64,000 nucleotides of DNA from the human T2T-CHM13v2.0 reference genome, Homo sapiens, in the NCBI RefSeq assembly GCF_009914755.1, contig NC_060926.1, one strand, 5' to 3'. Shown piece after piece: positions 1 to 17,811 of the stretch (within the stretch, counting starts at the first letter, position 1; each line of letters opens with the position of its first letter). Made by a program: the position numbers and the translations under genes. The notes below the pieces were generated by a model, which had not been told where the DNA came from, ran no database searches, and was given only the letters and a program-made list of their open reading frames with translations.

Positions 1-289
1 GGAAGAGGAGCAGGGATGAAGCAGTATCCTATTTCTTGGAGCTTAGGGATCAACAGAGAATTAACTCTAGGACCCAGATTGCCTGCCTTCCCAACCTATG
101 CCCAATTCCTTGCCCTGTAACCCTCCAATACTAGTTAGTTCTCACCTATATAAGCTGAGTATTGGATCCAGTGCCACATTAAATGCCCATTATTTGTGTA
201 AGCAGAAGTTGCAGCTTTCTGAGCTTAGAGGCGATGTCATCCAGTGGTTGGAGGAGTTGGTCAAAATGCATGGGTTGGACACCTACCTC

Positions 290-648
290 CACCATGTATT
301 GCCTGGGGGCTTGGCAGATGTAATTAAGGACCTCAAGGTGAGATCATTCTGGATCAGGTGGGCCCTAAATCCAATGACAAGTGTCCTTCTAAGACAGGAA
401 GACACAACAGAGAGCAGGAGGCCATGTGAAGACAGAAACAGAGATTCACAAGCCAAGGAATGCCTTGGGCCACCAGAAGCTGGAAGAAGGAAGGAACACA
501 TTCTCTCTTAGAGCCCCAGAGAGAGCCCAGCCCAGCCCACCTCTTGATTTCAGAGTTCTGGCCTCCAGAACTCTGAGAGAATAAATTTTCGTTTTATTAA
601 GTCACCCAGTTTGTGGTTGTTTGCTACGACAATTCTGGGAAATTAATA
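290..648 (+). mobile_element. MaLR solo LTR, MLT1B/C-like
   Basis: Contains typical MLT1 blocks (GCAGATGTAATTAAG, CCCTAAATCCAATGAC, GGCCATGTGAAGACAGA, CAAGCCAAGGAATGCC, CTCCAGAACT..GAGAGAATAAATTT) and a ...AATTAATA end. Confidence 0.85.
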
Positions 649-689
649 TGATGGATGGGTCTCACAATCCTAATACTGAAAGAAAAAAA

Positions 690-1000
690 TCCAAGTTACA
701 GAAAACACGGATACCATCTCAACAGCGTTTCAGAAACGTGAAACCCGTACATTGTACCGTTTAGGAACACATATGTATCGGCAAAAGCGTAATGAAACAA
801 ATGGGAATGATGAACACCAAATTTAGAGAAGTGGAAACTGTAAAGAGAAGGAAGGGAATACAGCTGAGGGGGCACAAAGGCTTCACCTGTTTGGATGGTA
901 ATGCGTTTCCCAAGCTGAGTGGCAGAGTCAAGTAGAATCAGTATCATAGGTTTACACCTTTGTGTAGGACTTAACTATTTCATTACAATAAAATTTAAAA
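690..1000 (+). mobile_element. Old L1 (L1ME/L1MC-like) 3' UTR fragment
   Basis: Degenerate resemblance to ancient L1 3' ends (GGGAATGATGAACACCAAATT, AAGCTGAGTGG), ending in AATAAA plus an A-rich run. Confidence 0.45.
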
Positions 1001-1622
1001 GGGAAGAAATGAAAAAGGACAAAAAGGAAGGTTAATAGCACATTGAAGATGGGGGAGCTTCTTTCTTGGATAAACATACAACCATTCAAGGTCAAAGCGG
1101 GATGATTTGGTGCATATGTATCTCCTGCTACTTAATAACCAGGTGAAATTCAGTTTGTTAATATTCAGTGTTCTGATGTTGCTTATAAATAATTCCAACA
1201 GTAACCTTTTCATTGGAAAAACACCTGTACAGTGCCAACTCTGATTACTCCCTGTGGATATTGCTTAGCTAAAAATTAATATATCATACTTTCTAGAATG
1301 ACAGACTGTGGGCTGGAATAAGAGAAAACAGTAATTTATAAGATGGAGTAATTATTGGAGGATTCAGGTACCATTTACTGACTTTTTTTCTTTATCCTGA
1401 AGCCAACAAAATTATCGAGTCCACATTCTCAGTCTTTTATTAGCCTTAATCTTAGGTTGTCTATCAAAAACAATATTTCTGTGGATTAATAAACACCACA
1501 AACGCATAATAAACTGCACAGGCCCCTGGTGTTCCTAGGCAATACGTGAGCTAAGCTGAAGACCATCAAAGTGAGCTGGCCAGCGCTTGCTACCTCGGCG
1601 TGGCTGAGGCCTCCTCGCTGGC

Positions 1623-1655
1623 TGCACTACCGATAATATGCACGAGGTGGCAGCA
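1623..1655 (+). promoter_or_regulatory. Candidate CTCF site with upstream (ZF9-11) motif
   Basis: Core TATGCACGAGGTGGCAGCA at 1637-1655; TGCACTACC at 1623-1631 lies 5 bp upstream; sits in a small CpG-rich patch of unique sequence. Confidence 0.7.
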
Positions 1656-1949
1656 ACGTCACGGCCGCCAGCCCGGGGCCTCCACGGGCGACTGAGGCTG
1701 CGCAGTTGACTTCCTCATCACCAACAGGGCAGTCTTGGTTTCAAAACCAGATCTGGTTGTTTCTTTGAGCGCTAGGATTTAGACAAACATTGTGATTATT
1801 TTCAATTAAAAATTATTCATGCCAAACATACAACCATAATTCGATATCTAGTATAAGTAGCCTTCTCTTTCCTTTTTTTTTCCGGACACTCAATGGTGAA
1901 ATGCTTCATTACTTTAAAAACATGCCCAGGCCGAACGATGGGGACTCTA

Positions 1950-2300
1950 AAAAGATCAGCGGTTTGCCAGGGGTTGGGGAGGAGGGAGATGAATAGGTGG
2001 AGCACGGAGGATTTTTAAGGCAGTGAAAATACTCTGTATTATAGCATAATGAGTTCTATGTAGTTATAAATTTGTCCAAACACATAGAATGTACACCATA
2101 AAGAGTGAACACATAGAATCCCAGCACTTGGGACTAAGGTAAGTTGTGGACTTTGGGTGATAAGGTAACAAATGTACCCTCTGGGGAATGTTGATAAGGG
2201 GGGAGGCAGTGCATATGCAGGGCAGGGGTGGGGATATGGGAAATCTGTGTACCTTCTACTCAATTTTGCTGTAAACATAAAACTGCTCTAAAAAAAATAA
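1950..2300 (+). mobile_element. L1MC-like 3' UTR fragment
   Basis: AGATCAGCGGTTTGCCAGGGG...GGATTTTTAAGGCAGTGAAA...GGGAAATCTGTGTACCTTC...AAAACTGCTCTAAAAAAAATAAA. Confidence 0.8.
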
Positions 2301-2689
2301 AATCTTTTAAAAATGCCTATTTCCAAAAGTGTGCTAGGTATGTCAACATTTAAAAAATAATGACAATTATATAGGAAAGGTACCCTGAAAATCTATATCT
2401 ACAATATTCAAAGAGAAACAGTCTTCCAAATAATTAGCATTTTATGAAGGACAGAATCATTTGACAGCAGGTAAATTACAACTGGCTCCAGCCATCTCTT
2501 CTTGTAGGGCATTATTGCTAAAATTCAGAATCAGCTGAGAAATGGCACATCAAGGCTGTGTCTTTCTGTGCCAGATTTGGAAGCTCTGAACCCTTGTCAG
2601 CCCAACTTCTGAAGGATGATTAGATGGTGGCCTTCAGAATTTTCTTAGCAGATGCTGCCTAATTTTCTGCCTCATTTTGTGGAATCTAG

Positions 2690-2800
2690 GATGTCTCTTC
2701 TGTATAATGAACTTAATACCACTCCTACCGACCTACAGGTTACTGTGAGACTCAAATGGAATAATCTAGATTCTCAATAAATATTTGTTGAATAAATGAT
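2690..2800 (+). mobile_element. MIR core / L2 tail fragment
   Basis: TCTGTATAATG...GGTTACTGTGAGACTCAAATG followed by CTCAATAAATATTTGTTGAATAAATGA. Confidence 0.55.
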
Positions 2801-3420
2801 AATGAGAGGACTTTAAAAACTGTACTTTTATAGACTACCAAAAATACATAATGGTAGAGTTTTGTAACTGTGATATAATGAGAAATATGTATTTGTTATA
2901 ACTCCAATTCCTGGCACAGAGCTTCTAAAACCCTTGGAATTTTCCAAGTGATGGGGTGAGAGGAGTGTCTTTTGTTCTTCATAATAAGCATTTCAACCAC
3001 ACCTGAGTCCACCACACCTGAGTCCACTTTAGAGGATGGGGCTGGTTGCCAGAGGAACCCACCATGTGATTAGAGGGTTGGAACTTTCAGTCCCACTCCC
3101 AGACCTCTGGGGAGGGAAGAGAGAAGGTGGCCATTGAGTTCAGTCACAAATGGCCAATGATTTAATCAAGCATGCCTACGTAGCGGAGCCTCCATAACCA
3201 CTCTAGATGACGGGGTCTGGAGAGCTTCCAGGTTGAATATATCCATGTGCCAGGAGGGTGGTGCACCCCAGACTCCACAGGGACACAAGCTCCTGTGTTC
3301 AGGATCCTTCCCGACCGCCCCCTAGGTACCTCTTCATCTGACTGTTCATTTGTTGTCTTCACTATATCCTTTATAATAATCTGGCAATAGCAAAGTGTTT
3401 CCCTAAGTTCTGTGTGCCGG

Positions 3421-4270
<850 letters not shown>

Positions 4271-4591
4271 CTGTGAGGGGCTAGAGCAAAAGGTGGAACC
4301 TAAGTGGGACATGGAAGTCTGGTTTGTAGCCAAGTCAGACAGAAGCGTGAGTCACCCAGGGACCCCTGACTTGCAACTGGCATCTGAAGTTGTAAGTGGG
4401 CAGTTTTGTGGGACTGGGTACTTAACCTGTGGGGTCTGTGTGAACTCCGGGTAGTGTCAGAATTGAATTAAATGGTAAGACACAAAGTTGGTGTCAGAGA
4501 GTTGGAAAATTTGTTAGTATGAGGGGAAAAAAACCCCATGCATTTGGTGTCAGGAGTATCATGAGAAACATTTTTTTCCTTTAGTAATTAA

Positions 4592-4917
<326 letters not shown>

Positions 4918-5359
4918 AGGAATGATTTTCAAAAATGAAAGAACTATGAATATCCTTCCAACCATTACTGAACAGCGGTTCTCAACACTGGGAAGGTTTT
5001 TAAATGTCCCAGTGCTCAGGGGTTTTTTGCCGGCCAGCAGGTGAGAAGCATCCATTGTTCTAGTGGTGTTTGGTTGGTGGGTTGAAGGTCCTCTGGCAAT
5101 GGTATCATACAGTCAGCATTGACAGGGAAGTTAATGTCATTGTTGAATATTGGCCTTTTTTATGACTGACTTTATACAAAATAAATACACACTTAATGCA
5201 GAAAATGTGAAAAGCACAATCAAAACAGAAGTGTTACCGGAAAGGGGTCCCAATCCAGACCTCAAGAGAGGGTTGTCGGACCTCGTGCAAGAAAGAATTT
5301 GGGGTGAGTCCATAGAGCCGAGTGAAAGCAAGTTTATTAAGAAGGTAAAGAAACAAAAG

Positions 5360-5480
5360 TGCTGGGCACAGTGGCTCACACCTGCTGGGAGGCCCAGGCA
5401 GGAAGATGGCTTGAGCCCAGGAGTTCAAAACCAGCCTGGGCAACATAGCGAGACCCCAATCCCTAAAAATAAAAAAGAAA
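5360..5480 (+). mobile_element. FLAM / Alu monomer inside MER41
   Basis: Left-arm Alu sequence with an A-rich tail. Confidence 0.8.
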
Positions 5481-5625
5481 AGAAAAAGAAACAAAAAATG
5501 AAAGAAAAGAATGGCTACTCCATAGGCAGAGCAGTGGCATGGGCTGCTCAGCTGAGTATACTTACATTAATAGTTACTTCTTGATTATGTGCTAAACAAG
5601 GGGTGGATTGGATTATTCATGAGTT

Positions 5626-5634
5626 TTCCAGGAA
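5626..5634. promoter_or_regulatory. GAS (STAT) motif in MER41
   Basis: TTCCAGGAA matches TTCCNGGAA at the known MER41 GAS position. Confidence 0.6.
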
Positions 5635-6219
5635 AGGGATGGGCAATTCGCTGCTGTGAGAGTTCCTCCCACTTTTAGACCATATAGGGTAACTTCCTGA
5701 CATTGCCATGGCATTTGTAAACTGTCATGGGGCTGGTGGGAGTGTCTCTTAGCATGCTAATGCATCATAATTAACACATAATGAGCAGTGAGGATGACCA
5801 GAGGTCACTTTCATCACCCTCTTGGTTTTGGTGGGTTTTGGCCGGCTTGTTTGCCACAACCTGTTTATCAGCAGGGTCTTTGTGACCTGAATCTTGTGGT
5901 GACCTCCTATCATCCTGTGACTAAGAATGCCTTAACCTCCTATTAATGCAGCCCAGTAGGTCTCAGCCTCACTTTACTCAGCCCCTATTCAAGATGGAGT
6001 CGCTCTGGTTCAAACACCTCAGACAAAAGCACTCCAAATCTGTCACTGCTGTTAATATGTTGGCGTGTGCCCTTGCAGGGTTTTTTTTCTTGTGCATAAA
6101 TATGTATTTCTAAAATGAAAATGGAATCCTGCATGTCTTATGGCCAGCTTTGTTCACTCAGGAACACAATGTGGACATTTCCCCATGCCAATACTTTTTT
6201 CTATGACACAGTTTTTTAA

Positions 6220-6682
<463 letters not shown>

Positions 6683-6689
6683 TAATTAC

Positions 6690-7017
<328 letters not shown>

Positions 7018-7213
7018 CATTCCCTCACTTTTAGTATTTACTCCTGACCAGTTTGGGCAGGATTCTAGATGAGTCAGTGATAGGAAGCTGAGCTTCTTGA
7101 AGGTACTCATCAATGAACTACCTCCTCATTTCAGCAGTTCCTCCAGAACAGCTGGCTTTCCTAGCCAATACTATCATGTAGGGTGGCTCAAAATTAGCCA
7201 AATATTCACTAAA

Positions 7214-7378
7214 CAGGGGTTCTCAAATTTTGATGTGCATACAAATCACCAGGGGATCTGGTCAAAAATGCAGATTCAGCCCCTGCCTCTCTGGAGTGGG
7301 GCCTGAGATTCTGCACCGTTTAACCAGCTCCCAGGGCATGCTGAGACGCTGGTCAGTGGACCACACCTGAGGAGCACA
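7214..7378. mobile_element. MER5A-like hAT MITE
   Basis: CAGGGGTTCTCAAA...AAAATGCAGATTC...GTGGGGCCTGAGATTCTGCA...GGACCACACCTGAG. Confidence 0.8.
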
Positions 7379-7906
7379 GGCCGCGGCTCTATCACATTAG
7401 GCTGAGTATACCTGTGTTTCATCTTTGAGTTTCCCAACTGTATAAACGAAATGACTTCCAAAATAAAGGGGCAGGCTCAAATCAAATATCTATTTTTGAT
7501 ATGTTTCTTCAAGTCAGTTCATTTGAACATTGTTTTTGAAAGAAAAATTTTTTTGCTCTTTATTTTTAATCCTCTCTAATTTCCAGGTGACTACAGGCAG
7601 CTTTTCTTTAAACATTAGTAATTATATAAAAGAGAAATTCTAAGATTTTATAGCTGAAATTGATATATCAAAGATTTCAAAAGTGAACAAAGCAGAAATA
7701 TTCTTTCATCCATTCATTATAGGAATCGTTTCACTTTCATGGCTGGCTTGTCTGAAGTATAATGAACATGCTTAGTAACTGGTAGAAAGTTTTGGGAAAC
7801 ATGAGTTTTTTGGGGTTTTTTTTGGCCAGATTAAAATAAATACTGCTCAGTTTTTGTTTTAATATTTGGAATATTGACACTTGGCATTTAAATAACTTAA
7901 ATTCTT

Positions 7907-9445
<1,539 letters not shown>

Positions 9446-9464
9446 ACGTTTAAATTCTTAAAAA

Positions 9465-10260
<796 letters not shown>

Positions 10261-10283
10261 ATATTATTACAACAGAAAAATGC

Positions 10284-10610
10284 TCCAGGCGCGGTGGCTC
10301 ACGCCTGTAATCCCAGCACTTTGCGAGGCCAAGGCGGGTGGATTACCTGAGGTCAGGTGTTTGAGACCAACCTGGCCCAACATGGTGAAAACCCCATCTC
10401 TACTAAAAATACAAAAAATTAGCCGGGCATGGTGGCAGGTGCCTGTAGTCTCAGCTAGTCAGGAGGCTGAGGCAGGAGAATTGTTTGAACCTGGGAGGTG
10501 AAGGGTGCAGTGAGCCAAGGGTGCAGTGAGCCAAGGGTGCAGTGAGCCATTGCACTCCAGCCTGGGTGACAGAGCAAGACTAAGCCTAAAAAAAAAAAAA
10601 AAAAAAAAAA
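10284..10610 (+). mobile_element. AluS with internal 16-bp triplication
   Basis: Alu dimer containing (AAGGGTGCAGTGAGCC)x3 at 10501-10548. Confidence 0.9.
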
Positions 10611-10924
10611 CAGAAAAGAAAAGAAAAATGCATGTGCATTGTAGAAAATTTGGACACATTGAAAAGTAGAAAATAAAAATTACTCCTGTATCTCCTTACC
10701 CAGATACAATCATTATTAAAAATCTGTAACAAACACCTCCAGATGCCTCAGCAAATTAGGGAAATTCTCATTTCTTCTGTCTCATAAAATTCTACACCTC
10801 ATTTCCAGACACAAATCTTGTCCAATTTCACTGCCCCTTATCCTAGGAAGCAGGCATAGTCAATCCAAGACACTCTTAAGAACTACTTCTTTACTTTTCT
10901 TTTTCCTTTTTTCTTTTTCTCTTC

Positions 10925-11223
10925 TATTTTTTTTTTTCCAGACAGAAAAAAATGGCTTTGTCACTCAGGCCATAGTGCAGTGGTGTGATCTCAGCTCACT
11001 GCAACCTCTACCTTCCAGGTTCAAATGATCCTCCTGCCTAAGCCTCCTGAGTGGTTGGGACTACATGCATGCACCACCACGCCCAGCTAGTTTTTCTATT
11101 TTTGGTAGAGATGGGGTTTTGCCATGTTGCCCAGGCTTGCCTCAAACTCCTGGGCTCAGGCAATCTGCCTGTCTCAGCCTTCCAAAGTGCTGGGATTACA
11201 GGCATGAGCCACTATCCCCAGCC
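10925..11223 (-). mobile_element. AluJ-like
   Basis: Diverged reverse Alu dimer. Confidence 0.85.
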
Positions 11224-11569
11224 AAGAATGATTTCTTCTTTATATCCTTTCTGAGTCATATAAAATATGTTTTACTTGGGGAAAGCTATTAAATCATCTA
11301 AAATTTTATATTTATTTTCATAGTGAAATTACTCCACTTGTTTTACAAGTGGAAATTTAATTGTTTAATAGTTTCTGAGTTTTTTTCCCCAACATCAGTT
11401 TAGCAACCCCTCCTTAGTAAGATGGTAGCCCACCCTACAACAAGCTAATGAAGCACATTAAACCCTGCTTGTCAACTCACATACTGTGCCCAATCAGTTA
11501 AAATACTAGAGGGTACTGCAGAATAATTACTAGAACTAAGATTTGATCAGTGTTTCAGGATTTACATTG

Positions 11570-11740
11570 TGTCCATATGCAGACATTTCACATGCACTTT
11601 ATTATGTTGTCACCATGGCAACTCTGTGAAACACTAGTTTTATCTCTGTTTTATAAGTGAGGAAACTGAGATTCAAAGACATTAAGTGATTTTCTAAAAA
11701 TCTCATGTTCAGGAAGTGGAACAGAAAATGGTACCTATTA
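11570..11740 (-). mobile_element. MIR
   Basis: TTTTATAAGTGAGGAAACTGAGATTCAAAGAC core. Confidence 0.75.
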
Positions 11741-12016
11741 AAATTTTCTATTACCGATTAGTTTTTGTTCCTAATTTCCTATTCAAATGTTCAGAATTGA
11801 AATGCCTTTATTTAAAAATAGAAGATACATATTGGAACTATGTACACTATCTTTTCAATTTTTCTATAAATGTAAAACTAAAATAAAAGGTTTATTTACA
11901 TGTAAAATAAGATATATAATCTTACAAAATTACATACACTGTGTTAAAATATTTTTTATGTAAATAGTTCCTTCCTAACTCCATTTCTGTCTTTACTGCT
12001 TTTAAAATCTTGTGAT

Positions 12017-12148
12017 TAGCCAGGAGTAGTGGCATGTGCCTGTAGTCCTAGCTACTCTCAAGGTTGAGGCAGGAGGATCACTTGAGCCCCGGAGTTCAAG
12101 GTCAGCCTGGGCAACAAGCGAGAACCCCATCTCTTAAAAAAAAAAAAA
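12017..12148 (+). mobile_element. FLAM / Alu monomer
   Basis: Monomer with poly-A; TSD AAAATC(T/C)TGTGAT. Confidence 0.85.
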
Positions 12149-12799
12149 TCCTGTGATGTTTGGCAAACACAGACCCCTGGTTAAAGGCTAGACCGCTGCG
12201 ATCTTCCAGCTGACAGACCATAGCCCACAGAATCGAGAGTCTCTGGGTATGATGAAGCATCTCTTCCAATGTGGCCAAATACATTTCCCCATTAGGTCTC
12301 TAACTCTTTCAGCCCCAGAGAAGTGCTGGCTTCCATAAATAAAATTTCACTCCTTTTGGAAGATGAGTGTTCCTAGGGGTGATTGCCCTAGAACACTGGA
12401 TGTACTTCAGGTCCCAACTCAACAAGCCTGTGCCCCTCACTGGCCAAGAGCCCACAGCATTGCCTCTGAATTTTCTCTAGAGTTTCATCGCAATGACTAG
12501 CTGGTCACTCTTCTGGTAGAAGTGGGGACCCCAGGAGAGGACTCCAAGTATCACTTGGCTTTCCTGATGACACTTAATGTCCCCTTTCTTTTAGTGGTAA
12601 CAAAATCTAACTATTTAACAACCCTTGTTGTTAAAGAGGATCCCATCTTTGCCACCTCTTTTTCATCTTCTGTCTTCTGAGGATGGGTCTGCCAGATGTG
12701 TTCTCTGGACTTTTAGGAAATTGAATTTGGAGGAAAGGGAAGAAGATTGAGGACAAGAAGCACTCAGGTTAGTGGTGGTAGAGAAATTTCTCAGAGAAA

Positions 12800-13150
12800 A
12801 CCCCTGCTTTTATCTGAGCACATGGCCTCCCAGAATCTCCAGCTTCCTTTGCAGCTAGGTGTGACCATATTAGCCAGATGACTAGGTTTTGGCCAATGGA
12901 ATGCAAGTCAAAATAATGTGTATAACTTCTGGGTTATGCCTTTAAGATGAAGGGATATGATTCTCTTCTTTCGCTTTTTCTGCCAGCAGGAATATGGGAG
13001 TGGGAGTGGGTCATCTTGTTCATGAAGATAAAGGCAGCATCCAACACATCACAGAACAAGAGAGAAGAAACCTAAGCCCTTGACTACCTAGCAAAAGAAA
13101 GCCGCCATGTTTTCCCATGAGAGGAATAATCTTCTCACATGTTAAAGCCA
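12800..13150 (+). mobile_element. Old MaLR LTR (MLT1H/J-like)
   Basis: TTTGCAGCTAGGTGTGACCAT...GGCCAATGGAATG motif. Confidence 0.5.
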
Positions 13151-14118
13151 TGGATACCATTTCTTACATGCTTGAGTGGATTTCCACCCAATGTCATATC
13201 TGTCTCAGGCTCTGGGCCCTCTTGGCACCGCCTATCCCACTGTAATTAACTAGGCCAAGTTTAGGATAGTGCAAGGTACAATTTGTTCTACACTTTTTCT
13301 CTTGCTCCCCACCCTGTGGTTCTTAGACTATTTTCTCTATGAAAAGCATTACACAATGTTTTTTCCCTCCTTCTGTTCTCTGCTCTAAGCTTTCAGTCAA
13401 TCAGTCACTCTCTCCCCCTCTCTCTAAGGCTCTTATTAAGCTCACCACCACCTTTGTACTGCTGGCATCTATTAAGGCTGCAATTCTGTGGTTCTGCTGC
13501 TCATTCCCAACTGACTTGTTACACAGTCAAATGGGGCAATTTATCCCCTTCAGAAAACTCCATGTCTTCTTCCATAGGAAAAGGACAGGCTCTCTCACAT
13601 AAAACCACTGGAAAGATTACTTTCTCAAGGAAAACAAACACATTCTCGCTGTGATGTCTCATGACACAGCCACTCTTGGAAGAACTAACTGGATCTCAAC
13701 AGGACAGATCCAAAGACCGAAACCAGCCCCACCCCATCCCCATAGGAAATCTTCTTATGGGGGATAAAGGGTCACTTGCTCAAGTCAGAGAAAATGGTAT
13801 CTCCCTAAAGAGCAATCGACAGTCCAGCCAAGCTGTTGGCATGAGAAAGAGGCTGTGAGAATTACAGCAGCATCTTCCCAAGACAGCGGGGCATGGCCAT
13901 GGGAACGCCAGGAATAAGCTATATTTGGAGAAATTGCCTTGTGTTTGGTATTAGGAGGTTTTGTCAGCAGATACCAGGACTCTGGGCATCAGGCAGAAGT
14001 TTAAAGACAGGATTTCAGGCCCTGGAGTAGTGATTCTTGACTGGAGGTTATTTTGTCTCCCCAGTACCTCAATGGCAAAATACCTCAATGGCACAGTAGG
14101 GTAAAGACATGGAAATAG

Positions 14119-14280
14119 GGCTGGGCATGGTGATGCATGCCAGTAATCCCAGCACTTTGGGAGGCCGAGGTGGGAGGATCGCTTGAGCATGGAAGGTTGA
14201 GGCTGCAGTAAGCCACATTGGCACCACTGTTTACTCTAGCCTGGGTGACAGAGTGAGATCATACTCAAAAACAACAAAAA
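14119..14280 (+). mobile_element. Alu monomer (FRAM/AluJ-like)
   Basis: GGGCTGGGCATGG...CTGGGTGACAGAGTGAGA with an A-rich tail. Confidence 0.8.
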
Positions 14281-14436
14281 AGAGAGATCAGAATGCTTAT
14301 GACCAGAGGCAACTTGGCCAGGGCCTCCAGCAGCCCCACATCCACTTCTCACCCATCTGACTTGGCCTCTTCAGGGCTGAGTGTTTAAAATCTCTGAGGC
14401 CCACTCAGAACACACCAGATAGAAAGCTCTGCTATT

Positions 14437-15520
14437 GCCTTTTGGCTGGAACCTCCGTCTTCCAGTAATTCGCCAAAATGATGAACACGGGAAAAGAGGA
14501 GAGGCACCAGATATATGTTCTCTAGGCCTTTTAGAAAACATGGGGTTTTTCCTTTGGCCACGTATATGTGAATCTATGAGAAAGGTGATATTGTAGACAT
14601 CAAGAAAATGGATACTGTTCAAAAAGGAATGCCCCACAAATGTTAACCATGGCAAAACTGGGAGAGTCTACAGTGTTCCCCAGCGTGCTGTTGGCATTGT
14701 TATAAACAAACAAGCTAAGGGCAAGATTCTTGCCAAGAAAATTAATGTGCATATTGAGCATGTTAAACATTCTAAGATCCCTGATAGTTTCCTGAAACAC
14801 ATGAAGGAAAATGATCAGAAAAAGAAGGAAGCCAAAGAGAAAGCTACCCGGGTTCAGCTGAAGTGCCAGCCTGCTCCACCCAGAGAAACACACTTTGTGA
14901 GAACCAGCGGGAAGAAGCCTGAGCTGCTGGAACCTATTCCCTATGAATTCATGGCTTAATAGATGTTTAAAATATCAAAGACCTCTGGACTGTAAAAATG
15001 TTTCTCTTCATTGAGTAGAAGTGTGGTGTCATCTCCCACAAAGATACATTTAAAGCAAATTTTAATTGTGTCCTAATTCATTGTGTAATATCTTTACTAT
15101 TCTAATTTAAAGTTTTTCTTGCTGAAAGATGTGAGGTAGCTTATTGTGCAACAAATTACTCAATTGGTTAGAAAACGGGCAGATGTTATTTATGAACTGT
15201 TTGTACTGGTTTGAAGATAGTCCCTCTAAATCATCATGGGCCTGGGCGTAGTGGGTCGCACCTGAAATCCCAGCTCTTTGGGAAGCCCAGGAGGGCGGAT
15301 CACTTGAGGCCAGGAGTTTGAGACCAGCCTGGCCAGCATGGCAAAGCCCTGTCTCTACTAAAAATATAAAAATTAGCTGGGCGTGGTGGCACATGCGTGT
15401 AATCTCAGCTACTGTGAGGCTGAGGCATGAGAATTGCTTGAACCCGAGAGGTGGAAGTTGCAGTGAGCTGAGATCACACCACTGGACTCCAGCCTAGGTG
15501 ACAGAGCAAAACTCTATCTC

Positions 15521-15551
<31 letters not shown>

Positions 15552-15583
15552 ATTTTGGAAGAAATAAAATAATTTATAAAAAA
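14437..15583 (+). pseudogene. RPL21P: Processed pseudogene of 60S ribosomal protein L21, with 5' UTR, frameshifted CDS (14478-14959), long 3' UTR and poly-A remnant
   Basis: Intronless; CCAGTAATTCGCCAAAATG start context; C-terminus ...[13 protein letters not shown]...[13 protein letters not shown]; frameshifts near 14490 and 14645; AATAAA at 15563; 16-bp TSD AGA(A/C)AGCTCTGCTATT (14421-14436 / 15584-15599). Confidence 0.96.
15239..15549 (+). mobile_element. AluS inserted in the RPL21P 3' UTR
   Basis: Full Alu with a long poly-A, inside the retrocopy TSDs. Confidence 0.92.
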
Positions 15584-15609
15584 AGACAGCTCTGCTATTA
15601 TCACTAAAT

Positions 15610-17810
<2,201 letters not shown>

Positions 17811-17811
17811 T

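Larger units (their letters stand above)
5232..6025 (-). mobile_element. MER41 (MER41B-like) solo LTR
   Basis: Reverse complement begins TGTCTGAGGTGTTTGAACCAGAGCGACTCCATCTTGAATAGGGGCTG and ends TTTCCGGTAACA; approximate 4-bp TSD GAAG/AAAG. Confidence 0.9.

Noticed and set aside
98-511. 137-aa ORF
   Set aside because: Its 3' half lies in an MLT1 LTR; no recognisable domain or splice structure.
2998-3027. Short tandem duplications here and at about 14065-14093, 57229-57255 and 59108-59129
   Set aside because: Ordinary slippage duplications with no further structure.
5150-5584. 144-aa ORF
   Set aside because: Runs through antisense MER41 and a FLAM, and starts at a non-ATG codon.
14747-14959. 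70-aa RPL21 C-terminal ORF as a functional gene
   Set aside because: Upstream frameshifts, no introns, TSDs and a non-ATG start mark it as a processed pseudogene.
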